In this document: positions 27,746 to 38,284 of the stretch, piece after piece | How the letters are laid out: every line of letters starts with the position of its first letter | Numbering within the stretch: position 1 is the stretch's first letter | IMG/VR virus record: IMGVR_UViG_2700989102_000001 | Location: 1 to 64,000 of that record | Length of the DNA: 64,000 bases | Direction: 5' to 3' (one strand) | Source: a virus | Taxonomy: Duplodnaviria; Caudoviricetes | Made by a program: the position numbers and the translations under genes | The notes under the pieces: model-generated | The model's database searches: none | Told to the model about the DNA's origin: nothing | Seen by the model: the letters and a program-made list of their open reading frames with translations, nothing else

Positions 27746-29479
27746 TTGCCCAGAGTTCAGGTCGATCAAGCGACTCTTGATGATCTTAGGGCGAAGCTCT
27801 CCCTGGATGCCTACACGGCAGTTGATGCGGCTCGGATGGCGGCGGAGCTTGAACAGGCCGCCGTCTCCGATACCCGCATTATCGTGACGGTCTACGACAA
27901 GTTCTACAGGCCCGTGGGGGAGTGCGGCGACTACATCTCAATGGGATGTAAGTTCCCGCGCAATAAGGTCGAAACGGGCAACCTCTCCATCAAGAGGTCC
28001 GACCCTCTCGCAAATGTCATTCTGCAATGCCACGAAACCACCGTGCCGATCACTATCGAGATCGGTCACCTTTTGTGGTCGGGCCAGGTTAAGACCGCCC
28101 ACGACAACTTCAACCAGCCTGGTACGGCGGATTTCGTCGAGTGCGAACTCGAGGGTGATTATGCCTGGCTGATGAAGATCCTCGCGTGGCCGAACTTCCT
28201 GCTGCCTTTGCAGGTCCAATTCCCGCCGCGCGGGGTGGCGATCGGCCCGGCCATTTCCATCCTCAAATGGCTATTGGCCACCCAGGCATTCCGCCTGCAG
28301 GCGGGCATGTGGGAAATGGTCAACAACCTCCTGAGCCTGAACCTCGACTGGCGTTCATGGTTCGGTACGGTTCTTCAGGCTAATCCCGGCAGTGACGGTA
28401 TTGGCCTGGATGATATCGCCCGCACCCTTCGCACCCCCATTTACGTGGTGCCCACCAACCCTTTGACGGATACCTCCCCGTTCATTTCGGTCAACTGGCG
28501 AATGGACAAGATCGGATCGATCTTCGAAGAGGTCGTCGAGGACAACGGTTTGCATGTTGAGGTGAAATTGTGGCGGCCGGGCGATCCCCAGCCGGGCAAT
28601 GACCCTCTTCTGGCGCTGTTCCCATTGACGGTCCCCACCATTGTCGTGGATATCAAAGACCGCATGGGCATCGTCGGGCCCACCGGGACGTTTATCGACG
28701 GAATCCTCCGCGTGGCTGTTGACCTGCAGGAAGGGCTCTTCGGAGACATCCTTGCCCCATTCCTGAACCCGAAGGGTGAATACGCCCCGGACGGTTGGAA
28801 TATCGCCCCGCTATTGGGTATCCATTATGTCCCTTCTTGGGCGGTATTCAATGCTGACCATCCAAAGGGTGGCGTGTCCGGTCGAATGTCTCACCACAGA
28901 CCCGAGGCGTGGCGCGTAATTGTCGGCGGCAAATCTCCGAAATGGTTAAATGACCTAATTAACGCGACCATGGCCTTCATTTTGGACATGATCCTCATCG
29001 TGGTGGGAATTACGGGCGTCCCGAGCAACCTTTTCGACGGATTGTTCAACGACGTCCTTTTGGCCTTCCAGCTGGCGGATAACTTCGAGCGGCGCATGAA
29101 AATGGGCCCCTACGGCCACGCCGAGGTCTTCGTTCCCACCAACAAGGCTCCCTATACCATCGACGGCATTTTCGCCCTCAAGCGAGAAATGTGGAACACC
29201 AGAGGCTATATCTCCGGCGAGGTCACATTCAAGAATGGCCTGCCTTACGAGATTGGTAGGGATATCTTCCCGGGGTCTTTGGCGACCCTGATCCGCGATG
29301 GAAAAGTCTACACCGACTGGGTGGAGAATATCGCCGTTGTGGATACCCGCGACGGCCGCTCCGAGGTCGTGGTTCAGATTGGCGACGGCAAGGCTGAAGA
29401 GGCCTCGGTCGTGAAACTCCAAAGAAAGCTTTCGAAGCTTCAAGAGGCCCTCAACATCATCACGATGGCCACTCAATAA
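27746..29479 (+). CDS. Minor tail protein (hub type)
   Basis: WPNFLLP...QFP and GGKSP.WLN motifs; synteny. Confidence 0.85.
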   Translation: MPRVQVDQATLDDLRAKLSLDAYTAVDAARMAAELEQAAVSDTRIIVTVYDKFYRPVGECGDYISMGCKFPRNKVETGNLSIKRSDPLANVILQCHETTVPITIEIGHLLWSGQVKTAHDNFNQPGTADFVECELEGDYAWLMKILAWPNFLLPLQVQFPPRGVAIGPAISILKWLLATQAFRLQAGMWEMVNNLLSLNLDWRSWFGTVLQANPGSDGIGLDDIARTLRTPIYVVPTNPLTDTSPFISVNWRMDKIGSIFEEVVEDNGLHVEVKLWRPGDPQPGNDPLLALFPLTVPTIVVDIKDRMGIVGPTGTFIDGILRVAVDLQEGLFGDILAPFLNPKGEYAPDGWNIAPLLGIHYVPSWAVFNADHPKGGVSGRMSHHRPEAWRVIVGGKSPKWLNDLINATMAFILDMILIVVGITGVPSNLFDGLFNDVLLAFQLADNFERRMKMGPYGHAEVFVPTNKAPYTIDGIFALKREMWNTRGYISGEVTFKNGLPYEIGRDIFPGSLATLIRDGKVYTDWVENIAVVDTRDGRSEVVVQIGDGKAEEASVVKLQRKLSKLQEALNIITMATQ

Positions 29480-29523
29480 CGGGTTAGTGGGCTAACCCAC
29501 TAACACTAAAGGGGAATCTTTAC

Positions 29524-30375
29524 ATGGCATTGACTATCGATGGCGCCAACATCACCTTCGACGGTCGGGTCACCGTTGTCAACGGCTTCAATCCGGACAC
29601 CGGGGTGGCATATCTGGTTTTGACCCCCGAGGGGGGCTTTGGCGAGCTGCCGTTCTTCTCGGCCGGTACGCCGGGTCTTCCCCCGGAGTTCACCGAGATC
29701 AAGATGACCCCGGTCGACCCGGATGATCCGTTACCCACCCCCAACCCGGTGGTTACCGTGGTTGATCCGGGCGGGCCAGGTCTTCCCTCCAAGTTCAAGC
29801 TGGAGTTCTTCGTCCACAAGGGCGACAAGGGCGACGACGGCACGTTGACCATTGGGTCGGCGGAGGATCTCGCCGCTTCCCCGGCGCTGGGCACGGGAAC
29901 CGACAAGTACACGCTGGTCTACCGAGCCTCGGATGGCATGTGGGTCCCCACCGCTCAAAAGGTCGGGAACATGTACGTGTCGTCCGCCATCGCGGCGACG
30001 GCCTTCAACTCGACTTCCGTTCGAGGCCTGTCGAGCATCTCGATCGCGGCCCAGCCGTTCGACTGGTACCCGGAGGTGTACGCCCAGACTCAGGTGACAG
30101 GCTCCGCGGATACCCGCGTAGACCTGGTGGCCCGGCTCAACGACGCCGCTTCCGGGGCGATGGTGGGCTTCTCTAAGGGTCTTGTCGGCACCACCCCGCC
30201 GCCTAACGTCGTCATCCCGGCGTTCTCGGTGAGCTCCGCGCTGCCCAAGGTTCTCGCGGGTAACGCCGCCACCATCTATCTGCGCGCGGAGCAGCAGGCC
30301 GCCACCAGTAACTCCTGGTCCACGCCCGCCTCTCCCGCCACCACGTTCTGCGTGAAGGTGGCGCCCCTGCTATGA
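29524..30375 (+). CDS. Minor tail protein
   Basis: GDKGDDG and AQPFDW motifs. Confidence 0.8.
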   Translation: MALTIDGANITFDGRVTVVNGFNPDTGVAYLVLTPEGGFGELPFFSAGTPGLPPEFTEIKMTPVDPDDPLPTPNPVVTVVDPGGPGLPSKFKLEFFVHKGDKGDDGTLTIGSAEDLAASPALGTGTDKYTLVYRASDGMWVPTAQKVGNMYVSSAIAATAFNSTSVRGLSSISIAAQPFDWYPEVYAQTQVTGSADTRVDLVARLNDAASGAMVGFSKGLVGTTPPPNVVIPAFSVSSALPKVLAGNAATIYLRAEQQAATSNSWSTPASPATTFCVKVAPLL

Positions 30376-32300
30376 CGACGCCCTTTCAGCAAAAGGCCTT
30401 TCCGTCGAACCCGGCTTCACCGTCGGGTCCGCCGGCTGGGTATACGCAACCGACTTCAGCGCCCCCCACCACGGGGGAGCCGCCCAAGACGTCGGCCGAG
30501 CTCTCTGCGACCCGTGGACAGTTCTGGGAACTGCTGCTGCAGAAAGTCGTCGAAGCGCTCGTCGGAGTGTTTCTTCCCGGTAACGGGAGCGCGGCCACGC
30601 AGCTCGCGCAATGGGCCCTGAACCTGCCCAACCAGATCCTGCAGTTCATTCGCGACGTCATCGGCATCGACCTGACCTCATGGGACAACTTCCTCGCCAG
30701 CCTCAATGACGGCAAAGGCATCGACATCCCATTTTTGGCCAATCTGATTGAAACGGTTGCCGCCCGAATCGACACGATTATCGACACGATCGTGCAGGCG
30801 CTCACCGGGGCCGCCACCATCGGCAACACTCTGGCGGATCTCGCCAGAGCTTTGCTGGAAGTGCCCGCCAGGAACATTCAGGGCATCCTTGGCTCGCTAA
30901 ACCTCGGCGACGACGCCCAGGCGATCCTGGACTTCTTCATTGGCGGATTCGTCAACCAGCAGGGCTCTGGCGCTTCTCTGGCGGACGCCTTCAACATTGC
31001 CCGCGAGATCGGGTCCGGCTCGTTCCTGGGGAAGCTGGCCGCAGAGATCCTCGGCATCCGCAACAACAAGCCCGCCGATGGTGGGCTGTTGCCGTCGGAG
31101 CGGTCGAATTTCGACCTGTCCGCGGTGACGACGTGGCACGCCGCCACCCAGTCCGCGTCGCTGATCGGCCTGGACTACATCGAGCAGGACATGCCTCTCG
31201 GCGTTGTCTCCTGGATTGGTTACGGCACGTCCGGCTTAACCGCGCTGTACGTCAACATCTGGAAGGTCGACCTCAACTCCGGCGACTTCACATTGGTGCA
31301 TCATTCCCCGAATATCGTTGGCCTGCTCACCGCGACGGCCGACCCGGGCGAATACGTCTCCTACGAGCTGGACGAGCCGTTCAACATCTTCGCCAAGGAG
31401 ATCTACGCCTACGAGATTGTCCCCGTCGGCGGCACCCACAACGTCCGCGGCCGCACGTCCAACACCCCGTACCGGCCGAGCACGGCGATCGTCGCCCACG
31501 CAGCGACCCGCAACAACACCACCAGCCCCAATGATCCTCCGGAGACGATCGCGAAGGCGAGCGTCACCCGCTCCCTGAACGTGCCGTGGGTCGGCATTGC
31601 TGTCGACACCGGCTCCGGCGAGGGGCATCACGACGACGATCTGCGCTACATCGGCGGTGACGTGTCGTTCCCGATCCCGAACTGGGCGAATTTCATCGAC
31701 GTTATCGGCGTCGGCGGCGGCGGTGGTGGACGAGCTGGCCTAACGTTCGGCCTCTACGGCGAGGCCGGTGGCCCCGGTAGGTGGAATGCCACCACCTGGG
31801 CGCGCGGCACCCACTTCACGGGCACCTCCACCTCGATCACCATCGACGTCGGCGCGGCCGGCATCGGCGGCCCCGGTGTGGGTGACCGGGGCGGCAACAC
31901 CGTCGTGTCGATCCCCGGCTATTCGATGACTGCGATCGGTGGCGAGCCCGGCGACGCGGTTCGGCCCGTCACCTCGGGCAAGCCTGTGGGTCGAGGCCCG
32001 GGCACGTTCAACTACAACGGCATCGCCGCTGTCGGTGGCGTGAACCAGAACTCCTACGGCGGCCAGGGCGTCGCGCCTGGCGGTGCGGGCAACGGCGGCA
32101 ACTACGTGTCGTTCCAGCCTGGCGGTAACGGCGCGCCCGGTGGCGCGTGGATCAGGTTCCGTCAAGACCCGCTGCCCGGCGAGGAAGTCGTCGGCGGCGA
32201 TGGAGACACCACACCTCCAGCTATCGACGATCTCGATGTCGCCGTCGAGACAACCATCAACACCATCACGATCACCCCCTCTGGAGCTGTCGATGCCTAG
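30372..32300 (+). CDS. Minor tail protein with Gly-rich C-terminal domain
   Basis: GGGGGG and PGGAGNGG repeats; synteny. Confidence 0.85.
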   Translation: MTTPFQQKAFPSNPASPSGPPAGYTQPTSAPPTTGEPPKTSAELSATRGQFWELLLQKVVEALVGVFLPGNGSAATQLAQWALNLPNQILQFIRDVIGIDLTSWDNFLASLNDGKGIDIPFLANLIETVAARIDTIIDTIVQALTGAATIGNTLADLARALLEVPARNIQGILGSLNLGDDAQAILDFFIGGFVNQQGSGASLADAFNIAREIGSGSFLGKLAAEILGIRNNKPADGGLLPSERSNFDLSAVTTWHAATQSASLIGLDYIEQDMPLGVVSWIGYGTSGLTALYVNIWKVDLNSGDFTLVHHSPNIVGLLTATADPGEYVSYELDEPFNIFAKEIYAYEIVPVGGTHNVRGRTSNTPYRPSTAIVAHAATRNNTTSPNDPPETIAKASVTRSLNVPWVGIAVDTGSGEGHHDDDLRYIGGDVSFPIPNWANFIDVIGVGGGGGGRAGLTFGLYGEAGGPGRWNATTWARGTHFTGTSTSITIDVGAAGIGGPGVGDRGGNTVVSIPGYSMTAIGGEPGDAVRPVTSGKPVGRGPGTFNYNGIAAVGGVNQNSYGGQGVAPGGAGNGGNYVSFQPGGNGAPGGAWIRFRQDPLPGEEVVGGDGDTTPPAIDDLDVAVETTINTITITPSGAVDA

Positions 32301-33801
32301 CGGTCTCAAGGGCTACAACATCTACCTCGACGGCGTTAAGGTCAACACCGTCGAGGTAGCCGAGGGTCACCCCCTGGTCATTCCAAATGTCAATCCAGGG
32401 ACGGATTATTCGTCGCGCATCACCATTGGCGCGGTCGATAAAGCCGGTAACGAATCGACTCCCGTGTCCATCGAGTCCTTCAAGGGCGCGGGGTCGGTCG
32501 TTACCGCCTCACCGCCAGCCAGTGAGACTCTGTCCGCGACCGTTCGAGATCAGATCGATGCGCTCGTAGCTGCAAAAATAAAACCCTCCTCCGGCAGGGA
32601 AGCCGACGGAGCGATGGTCGGCGTCGAAACGCCAAACGGCAACTACTACAAGGCGTATGGCGGCGACCGTACCCCCAATAAGCCGCTGACGCTGGATCTA
32701 AACTTCCGCTATGGATCATGCTCGAAAATGTTCGTCAACGTCCTAATTCTCCGGGCGATCCAAAACGGATACATCGACTGGAATGACACGGTCGACATGT
32801 TTGTCGACGGCATCCCAAACGGGCACAAGATCACCGTGCGGTATCTGCTCCTGTTCCAGGACGGCCTGAAGGACTGGCTGCAGGGCGACCCCGCAGTCCA
32901 GCAGTCGTACTTCCTGAATCCCACGGCCGCTTTCGATCCGTTGGCCTACATCCGGGCCTCGACCCCGATATTCGAACCCGGGACCAGCTCGGCCTACTCG
33001 AACTCCGCGACACTGCTGATGGGCAAGATCCTGGAACACGTTGACGCCGAGCACGGGACCGGCCGAAGCATCCGACAGATCGTGGTCGAAGACTGGAACA
33101 GCGAGGTTGGCCTCCCGTCCCTGCACTGGCCAACCGCGCTCACCCCTAACGCCCCGTACGTCCGCGGCTGGACCCCTAACATGGCGCTGCCGCAGATTCA
33201 GGCGATCCTTGGCCCGTTCGCGTTCCTCGCCGGCCTGTTCGGCTATCCGACGTCGAAGGACCTGGAGTGGACTGCGGTTTCGACCACCTGGTCGGACGCG
33301 GCCGGCTCCCTCGCCGGGAACATGGAGGACTTCGTCAAGTTCGGCAAGGCGCTCTACGAGGGCGTGTTCCTGTCCGACGAGATGAAGCAACTCCGCAAAG
33401 AGTTGTTCACCACTTATCTGTTCTACGAACCCGCCGGCCCCTATCAGGGTCCGGGATGGATGGGATTCGGGCTCCAGGCAATCCGCTGGGCCTCGTGGCG
33501 CGGATGGGTCGGAAACCTCGGCGGCTACATTGCTGTCCTGTTCTACAAGGAGACGGATGGTTCGGTCATCGCGGTGATGATGAACAACTTCGCCTCCCAC
33601 GCGGACTGTGTCGACTTGTTCTATCAGATCGCCTACCTGCTCGACCCTGGGTCAACGCAGCACGTGCCGTGGCAATACCGGCCAGACCCGATCGAAGAAG
33701 ACGGCGAAGACGTCTTCAGCCCAGCCATTTTCGTTCAGAAGGAGCGCGGCGACGTCAATGGGCGCACCAAGCTTCCGATCACGCCGCCGTACCAACTCTA
33801 G
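32293..33801 (+). CDS. Minor tail protein with D-Ala-D-Ala carboxypeptidase/serine beta-lactamase-like domain
   Basis: FRYGSCSK (SxxK) and YSN; N-terminal FN3-like segment. Confidence 0.85.
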   Translation: MPSGLKGYNIYLDGVKVNTVEVAEGHPLVIPNVNPGTDYSSRITIGAVDKAGNESTPVSIESFKGAGSVVTASPPASETLSATVRDQIDALVAAKIKPSSGREADGAMVGVETPNGNYYKAYGGDRTPNKPLTLDLNFRYGSCSKMFVNVLILRAIQNGYIDWNDTVDMFVDGIPNGHKITVRYLLLFQDGLKDWLQGDPAVQQSYFLNPTAAFDPLAYIRASTPIFEPGTSSAYSNSATLLMGKILEHVDAEHGTGRSIRQIVVEDWNSEVGLPSLHWPTALTPNAPYVRGWTPNMALPQIQAILGPFAFLAGLFGYPTSKDLEWTAVSTTWSDAAGSLAGNMEDFVKFGKALYEGVFLSDEMKQLRKELFTTYLFYEPAGPYQGPGWMGFGLQAIRWASWRGWVGNLGGYIAVLFYKETDGSVIAVMMNNFASHADCVDLFYQIAYLLDPGSTQHVPWQYRPDPIEEDGEDVFSPAIFVQKERGDVNGRTKLPITPPYQL

Positions 33802-33810
33802 GGGGTTCAC

Positions 33811-34215
33811 GTGTCCATTCGAGGTAAATACACCAAGGGGCGTGAAGCATTCGCGCGGGGCGAAATCAACTGGATGGGTGACGACATCAGGGCCGCCCTC
33901 ATCGACGATGCCGACTACACAGTCAACCTCGCCAGTGACGAATTTCTCAGCGACATCCCGAGCGGCGCGATCGTCGCCACCTCGCCGAACTTCACCGGAA
34001 AGTCTGTCACGAACGGCTACCTAAAAGCGGCGAAACTCATCTTCCCGACGGTGACGGGAGACATCGCGGAGGCGGCCGTGATCTACAAGTGGACCGGGAC
34101 CGCGTCAACATCCCGGCTGATCGCCTACGTCTCATCGGAACTGTACACGTCCGTGACGCCGAACGGCGCCAACATCATCATCAACTGGCCCGGCATCGGG
34201 ATTCTCCGGATCTAG
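33811..34215 (+). CDS. Minor tail protein
   Basis: SRLIAY and TPNG..I.INW motifs. Confidence 0.75.
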   Translation: MSIRGKYTKGREAFARGEINWMGDDIRAALIDDADYTVNLASDEFLSDIPSGAIVATSPNFTGKSVTNGYLKAAKLIFPTVTGDIAEAAVIYKWTGTASTSRLIAYVSSELYTSVTPNGANIIINWPGIGILRI

Positions 34216-34225
34216 AGGAGTAGCA

Positions 34226-35029
34226 ATGGATTTGCGGACTGACTACGAGGACGACGTAGACGAGATCGACGCCTCGTGGTTCAACGATGTCGGCCTGGCG
34301 GTCAATGAGAACACTGCGGCCCGGGCTAAGAAGGGATTGTTCTCGGCGCTACCCGCGGCGGGTGCGGCGGGCAGACTGTATTTCTCCACCGACACGGGGA
34401 CGATCCTGCGAGACAACGGCACATCGTGGGATGTCGTCGGCCGGTGCGATGTTGCGCACATCCTGCCGCCCGCGAGTTCCTGGTCGACCAACACGCTGGG
34501 GACGGCGACGGTCACCGCCGACAAGGATGGGCGCCTGTTCACGATCCCCAGTTCCGGTGGTCTGCTCACTCCGCGTATCGAGTACCGCACGCTGAGCCCC
34601 ACCTCAAACTACACGGTGACCGCGCGGATCGAGCCGGCAGATTTCGCCCGATCAGAGGGGCAGTCCTACTCGGGACTGATCCTCCGACACGGCAGCTCGT
34701 CCAACACCATCATATTCGGCTACATGGTCTACGCGGGCCAGGTGAACAACCTGATTGTGACGCAGGGAAACTCGGGGAACCTCATTGGCTCCCACTACAC
34801 CTATGCCCCCGTGGACCGGTTCCCGGGCTTCCCCCGCTGGCTGCGCGTCCGAGATGACGCCACGAACCGTTATTACGAATTCTCGATAAACGGTATCGAC
34901 TGGGTTGAGTTCTACTCCGGGTCGCGCACCAACTACATCACCCCCGACCAGGTCGGTTGGGGCGGTGCGCAGTCCACCAGCCTCACCAGGTCGCTTGTCG
35001 TGCGACTCCGGTCGTTCAACGTCTCATGA
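34226..35029 (+). CDS. Minor tail / receptor-binding protein (beta-sandwich)
   Basis: GRLYFSTD and WLRVRD...FSINGIDW; AGAGGAG RBS. Confidence 0.7.
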   Translation: MDLRTDYEDDVDEIDASWFNDVGLAVNENTAARAKKGLFSALPAAGAAGRLYFSTDTGTILRDNGTSWDVVGRCDVAHILPPASSWSTNTLGTATVTADKDGRLFTIPSSGGLLTPRIEYRTLSPTSNYTVTARIEPADFARSEGQSYSGLILRHGSSSNTIIFGYMVYAGQVNNLIVTQGNSGNLIGSHYTYAPVDRFPGFPRWLRVRDDATNRYYEFSINGIDWVEFYSGSRTNYITPDQVGWGGAQSTSLTRSLVVRLRSFNVS

Positions 35030-35157
35030 TGTTTCTCGCCGCCCTAGCAATCGCAGCAACCCCCCCTAATTGCTGGATATGTCCTTTTGGCAATCCTTTC
35101 GCAAGACGATGAATAAGGGGATTCATTAAACTTACATTCCCCAGGAGGGCTTAGAAG

Positions 35158-37881
35158 GTGGCGCTCTACCGCACCCTTTTCCCACTCACCTACCGCCGCG
35201 GTAACCGGGCGGTACAAATCACCCGGGCCGGGGTGGTGATCGATCTTGATGCCGCACAGGCCGCCGAACTCGCCGGAAAAGTCGCGTACGTCGGCGACGT
35301 TGCGCAATTCCCCCGCGCACAAATTCTGTATTACGACAATGATGACGCCTTTCCCCCCGTGGGGGATGAGCGCTACGTTTTTCTTGCAAAGGATACGGGC
35401 GCGCTCTACCAGTGGTCTCAGGATGACGGCTACACGCTTTGCCTGGCCGCGGGAGCGATCGATGAGGGTGTTGTCACCGCCGCCGTCGAGGCGGTTATCG
35501 ATGACGTCGTCGGCGACGCCCTAGACGGCAAAGCAAACGTCAGCCACACCCATAATCCGGGCGATATCACCGGGCTATCGGCTGCGTTGACCAAGCTGTC
35601 CGGCATTGAGCCCCTTGCCGACGCCACCGACGCCACAAACGTCGACGCGGCCGGCGCGGTGATGAACTCGGATACCACCGTCGCGGACATGTCTTTCGTC
35701 ATCGACGAGGACGACATGGCGTCAAATCTAGCCACCAAGGTCCCCACTCAGCAGAGCGTCAAAGCCTACGTTGACGCACACGGCGGATCGGGCGCAGACC
35801 GGAACTACGGCATCCCCACGCTCACAATCACCACCGAGGGCGGCGCCGAGATCGTGTCCAAGGAGGACTACCTCAACGCCACATTTGAGCTGAACGGACA
35901 GACCCTTACCGGCGAGATCCGCGGCCGGGGCAACTCGACATGGACCAGGCCGAAGAAGCCGTACCGCATTCGCCTGACGTCCTCGACATCGCTGCTGGGG
36001 ATGCCCGCGTCCCGGCACTGGGCGATCCTCGCCAACCACATGGACTTTTCCGGCATCCGCAACGCTGTCGCGTTCGAGGTTGGCTCCCGCATGACGGGGC
36101 TGGACTGGACGCCCCGGTACCGCCCGGTCGAGGTGGTCCTGAACGGCGTCTACAACGGCCTCTACCAGCTGGTGGAGATCGTCCGATTCGACCCGAACCG
36201 GGTGAACGCCACTGCCGCCAGCGGCACCACGGGGCTGGGGTTGACGGGGGCATACCTGCTGGAGATCGACCGCTACCGCGACGCCGACGTGGTCATTGAC
36301 ACCACCCACGACGATCTGCCCATCATCATGGACGATCCCGACGGGTCGGTGGGCGAGCAGCGGACGTACATCACGAACTGGCTCGACGACTTCGAAACCC
36401 TCCTCTACGACGACGAGGAATGGCTCGACCCCGACACCGGCTACAAGTCGATGATCGACCTCGACTCATTCATCGACTGGTACCTGGTCAACGAACTACT
36501 GGTTCCGGTGGACGGCATGTTCGCAACGTCGGTAAAGCTTTATAAGACCGCCGACACCGCCGAAGAGTCGGGCAGGTTGTTCATGGGCCCGATGTGGGAC
36601 TACGACCTGTCGATGGGTGGGTTCCTGGAATGGACCTACTCCTACGAGGGCTGGTGGATGCTGTCCACCACTCAGCCCGTGTCCGAGGACCCCGCGCCGG
36701 GCGCAACGTGGATCGCCCGCATGCTCGAAGACCCGGAATTCGTCTCCGCCCTTGAAGCCCGCTGGACCGAGGTTGTGGGGCTTCTCGAAGACCTGGATGA
36801 CATCGTCACCACCGCGGCCCGCAAGGTCGCCCTAGCCCGCGTCAACGACATGGTCATCTGGGGCACCAGCGACCACCCGACGTGGAGCTCCGCGGTTGAC
36901 ACGATCACCACCTGGCTGGAGAACCGCATCGAGTGGATGACCGAAAACATGCACACCGCATCCGAGCCCGACGAGGAAGCACCCAGCGTCCCGGAGGGGC
37001 TGGAAGCCACCTCGATCGGCGCGACCAGCTTCACCGTCGAATGGGACTCCTCCACCGACAACGTCGGGGTCACCGGCTACGAAGTGCGTCTCGACGAGGG
37101 CACCGCCGTCTCCAAGACCGGCACAACGCACACCTTCACCAGCCTTGTTTCAGAAACGGAATACTCGGTGGACGTGCGCGCCCGCGACGCCGCGGGCAAC
37201 TGGTCGGACTGGTCCGAGCCGCTGCTGGTGGAGACGATTGAGCTCACCGAGGGTGGCGATCCGCCCCAATTTGCGGCGGTGGGCAACTTCCTATCGGGGG
37301 ACACCTCGAGCACCGCTCCCGTCCCGGTGCCGGCGGGTGCAACGGGCGACGGCATTGTCGACGTAGTGTTTCTGTACGTCGGCACGTCGAGCGTCACCAT
37401 TACTCCGCCGACCGGGTTCACCGAGGCTGAGCCCGCCGCCGTCGGCAACAATGCCGGCCAGCAGCTCGCGCTGCGCACGTTCTGGAAGCGTCCCGATTCA
37501 TCCAGCGGCACCTATAACTTCTCATTCCCGGGCGGTACCTGGCGCCTCGGCTACGCGATCCGATTCTCCGGCTGCGCAGCCTCCGGCTCCCCGTGGGACG
37601 TCATCGACGCCGCTGACCCCGGCGACTACACCACCATCCCGGACACCTCCCTCACCACCACGGGGGGCAATCGCCTCCTGGTGTGGTGGGCCGGCGACTG
37701 GAGCGGCGGCGGCGGCTTCACCCCACCGTCGGGCTTTACACAGCGGGCCGAGAATCGCGACACCGCGGGCATTGCCATTGCCACGAAGGTGCAGGAGGTC
37801 GCCGGCTCAACGGGCACCGTGAGCGGTTCGTTCTCCGGTTCGGGCCGCAAGCAGGCCTGGCTGGGCGCGCTCAAGCCATAA
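35158..37881 (+). CDS. Virion-type protein: fibre-like N-terminus, CotH kinase domain, FN3, C-terminal beta domain
   Basis: IRGRGNSTW, KKPYRI, YLLEID, GPMWDYD (CotH); APSVP...STDNVGVTGY...VRARDAAGNWS (FN3). Confidence 0.85.
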   Translation: MALYRTLFPLTYRRGNRAVQITRAGVVIDLDAAQAAELAGKVAYVGDVAQFPRAQILYYDNDDAFPPVGDERYVFLAKDTGALYQWSQDDGYTLCLAAGAIDEGVVTAAVEAVIDDVVGDALDGKANVSHTHNPGDITGLSAALTKLSGIEPLADATDATNVDAAGAVMNSDTTVADMSFVIDEDDMASNLATKVPTQQSVKAYVDAHGGSGADRNYGIPTLTITTEGGAEIVSKEDYLNATFELNGQTLTGEIRGRGNSTWTRPKKPYRIRLTSSTSLLGMPASRHWAILANHMDFSGIRNAVAFEVGSRMTGLDWTPRYRPVEVVLNGVYNGLYQLVEIVRFDPNRVNATAASGTTGLGLTGAYLLEIDRYRDADVVIDTTHDDLPIIMDDPDGSVGEQRTYITNWLDDFETLLYDDEEWLDPDTGYKSMIDLDSFIDWYLVNELLVPVDGMFATSVKLYKTADTAEESGRLFMGPMWDYDLSMGGFLEWTYSYEGWWMLSTTQPVSEDPAPGATWIARMLEDPEFVSALEARWTEVVGLLEDLDDIVTTAARKVALARVNDMVIWGTSDHPTWSSAVDTITTWLENRIEWMTENMHTASEPDEEAPSVPEGLEATSIGATSFTVEWDSSTDNVGVTGYEVRLDEGTAVSKTGTTHTFTSLVSETEYSVDVRARDAAGNWSDWSEPLLVETIELTEGGDPPQFAAVGNFLSGDTSSTAPVPVPAGATGDGIVDVVFLYVGTSSVTITPPTGFTEAEPAAVGNNAGQQLALRTFWKRPDSSSGTYNFSFPGGTWRLGYAIRFSGCAASGSPWDVIDAADPGDYTTIPDTSLTTTGGNRLLVWWAGDWSGGGGFTPPSGFTQRAENRDTAGIAIATKVQEVAGSTGTVSGSFSGSGRKQAWLGALKP

Positions 37882-37890
37882 TTTCTCGAC

Positions 37891-37923
37891 GAAAAGCCCC
37901 GGGACCCATACCCGGGGCTTTTC
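37891..37923. terminator. Bidirectional intrinsic terminator
   Basis: GAAAAGCCCCGGG/CCCGGGGCTTTTC. Confidence 0.8.
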
Positions 37924-37944
37924 CCTACCCCATAAAGGGGCTTT

Positions 37945-38271
37945 ATGCAAAACGTCATCATTTCACTCGTCATCAAGATTATCGCTGAGGCCGCCAAGAA
38001 CGAAGATGTCCGCAAGTTTGTCCTCGAACTGGTGAAAGAACTTGCCGATAAACTCAAGGACGATCTCGTCCCAGCGCTTATCGCGCTGTTCCCGACTTTC
38101 GGCGGGGCGATCATCAAATCCGCCTTGGACTTCCTCCCCGAGGTTGACCTGCCGGATATCGATGTCCTGAACACCGATATCGCAAAGAAGATTGTAGACG
38201 CCGATCCCGACCTTCCGTTTGTGTCGGACATCATCGACATCACCGAGATTCTCAAGGGCTGGATCAAGTAA
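37945..38271 (+). CDS. Hypothetical protein
   Basis: AAGGGG RBS; precedes lysin A. Confidence 0.75.
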   Translation: MQNVIISLVIKIIAEAAKNEDVRKFVLELVKELADKLKDDLVPALIALFPTFGGAIIKSALDFLPEVDLPDIDVLNTDIAKKIVDADPDLPFVSDIIDITEILKGWIK

Positions 38272-38284
38272 ATAGGGGAATTCA

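Noticed and set aside
32293-33801. Antibiotic-resistance beta-lactamase
   Set aside because: It is fused to a tail module within the tail operon and has no signal peptide; typical virion D-Ala-D-Ala carboxypeptidase-like protein.
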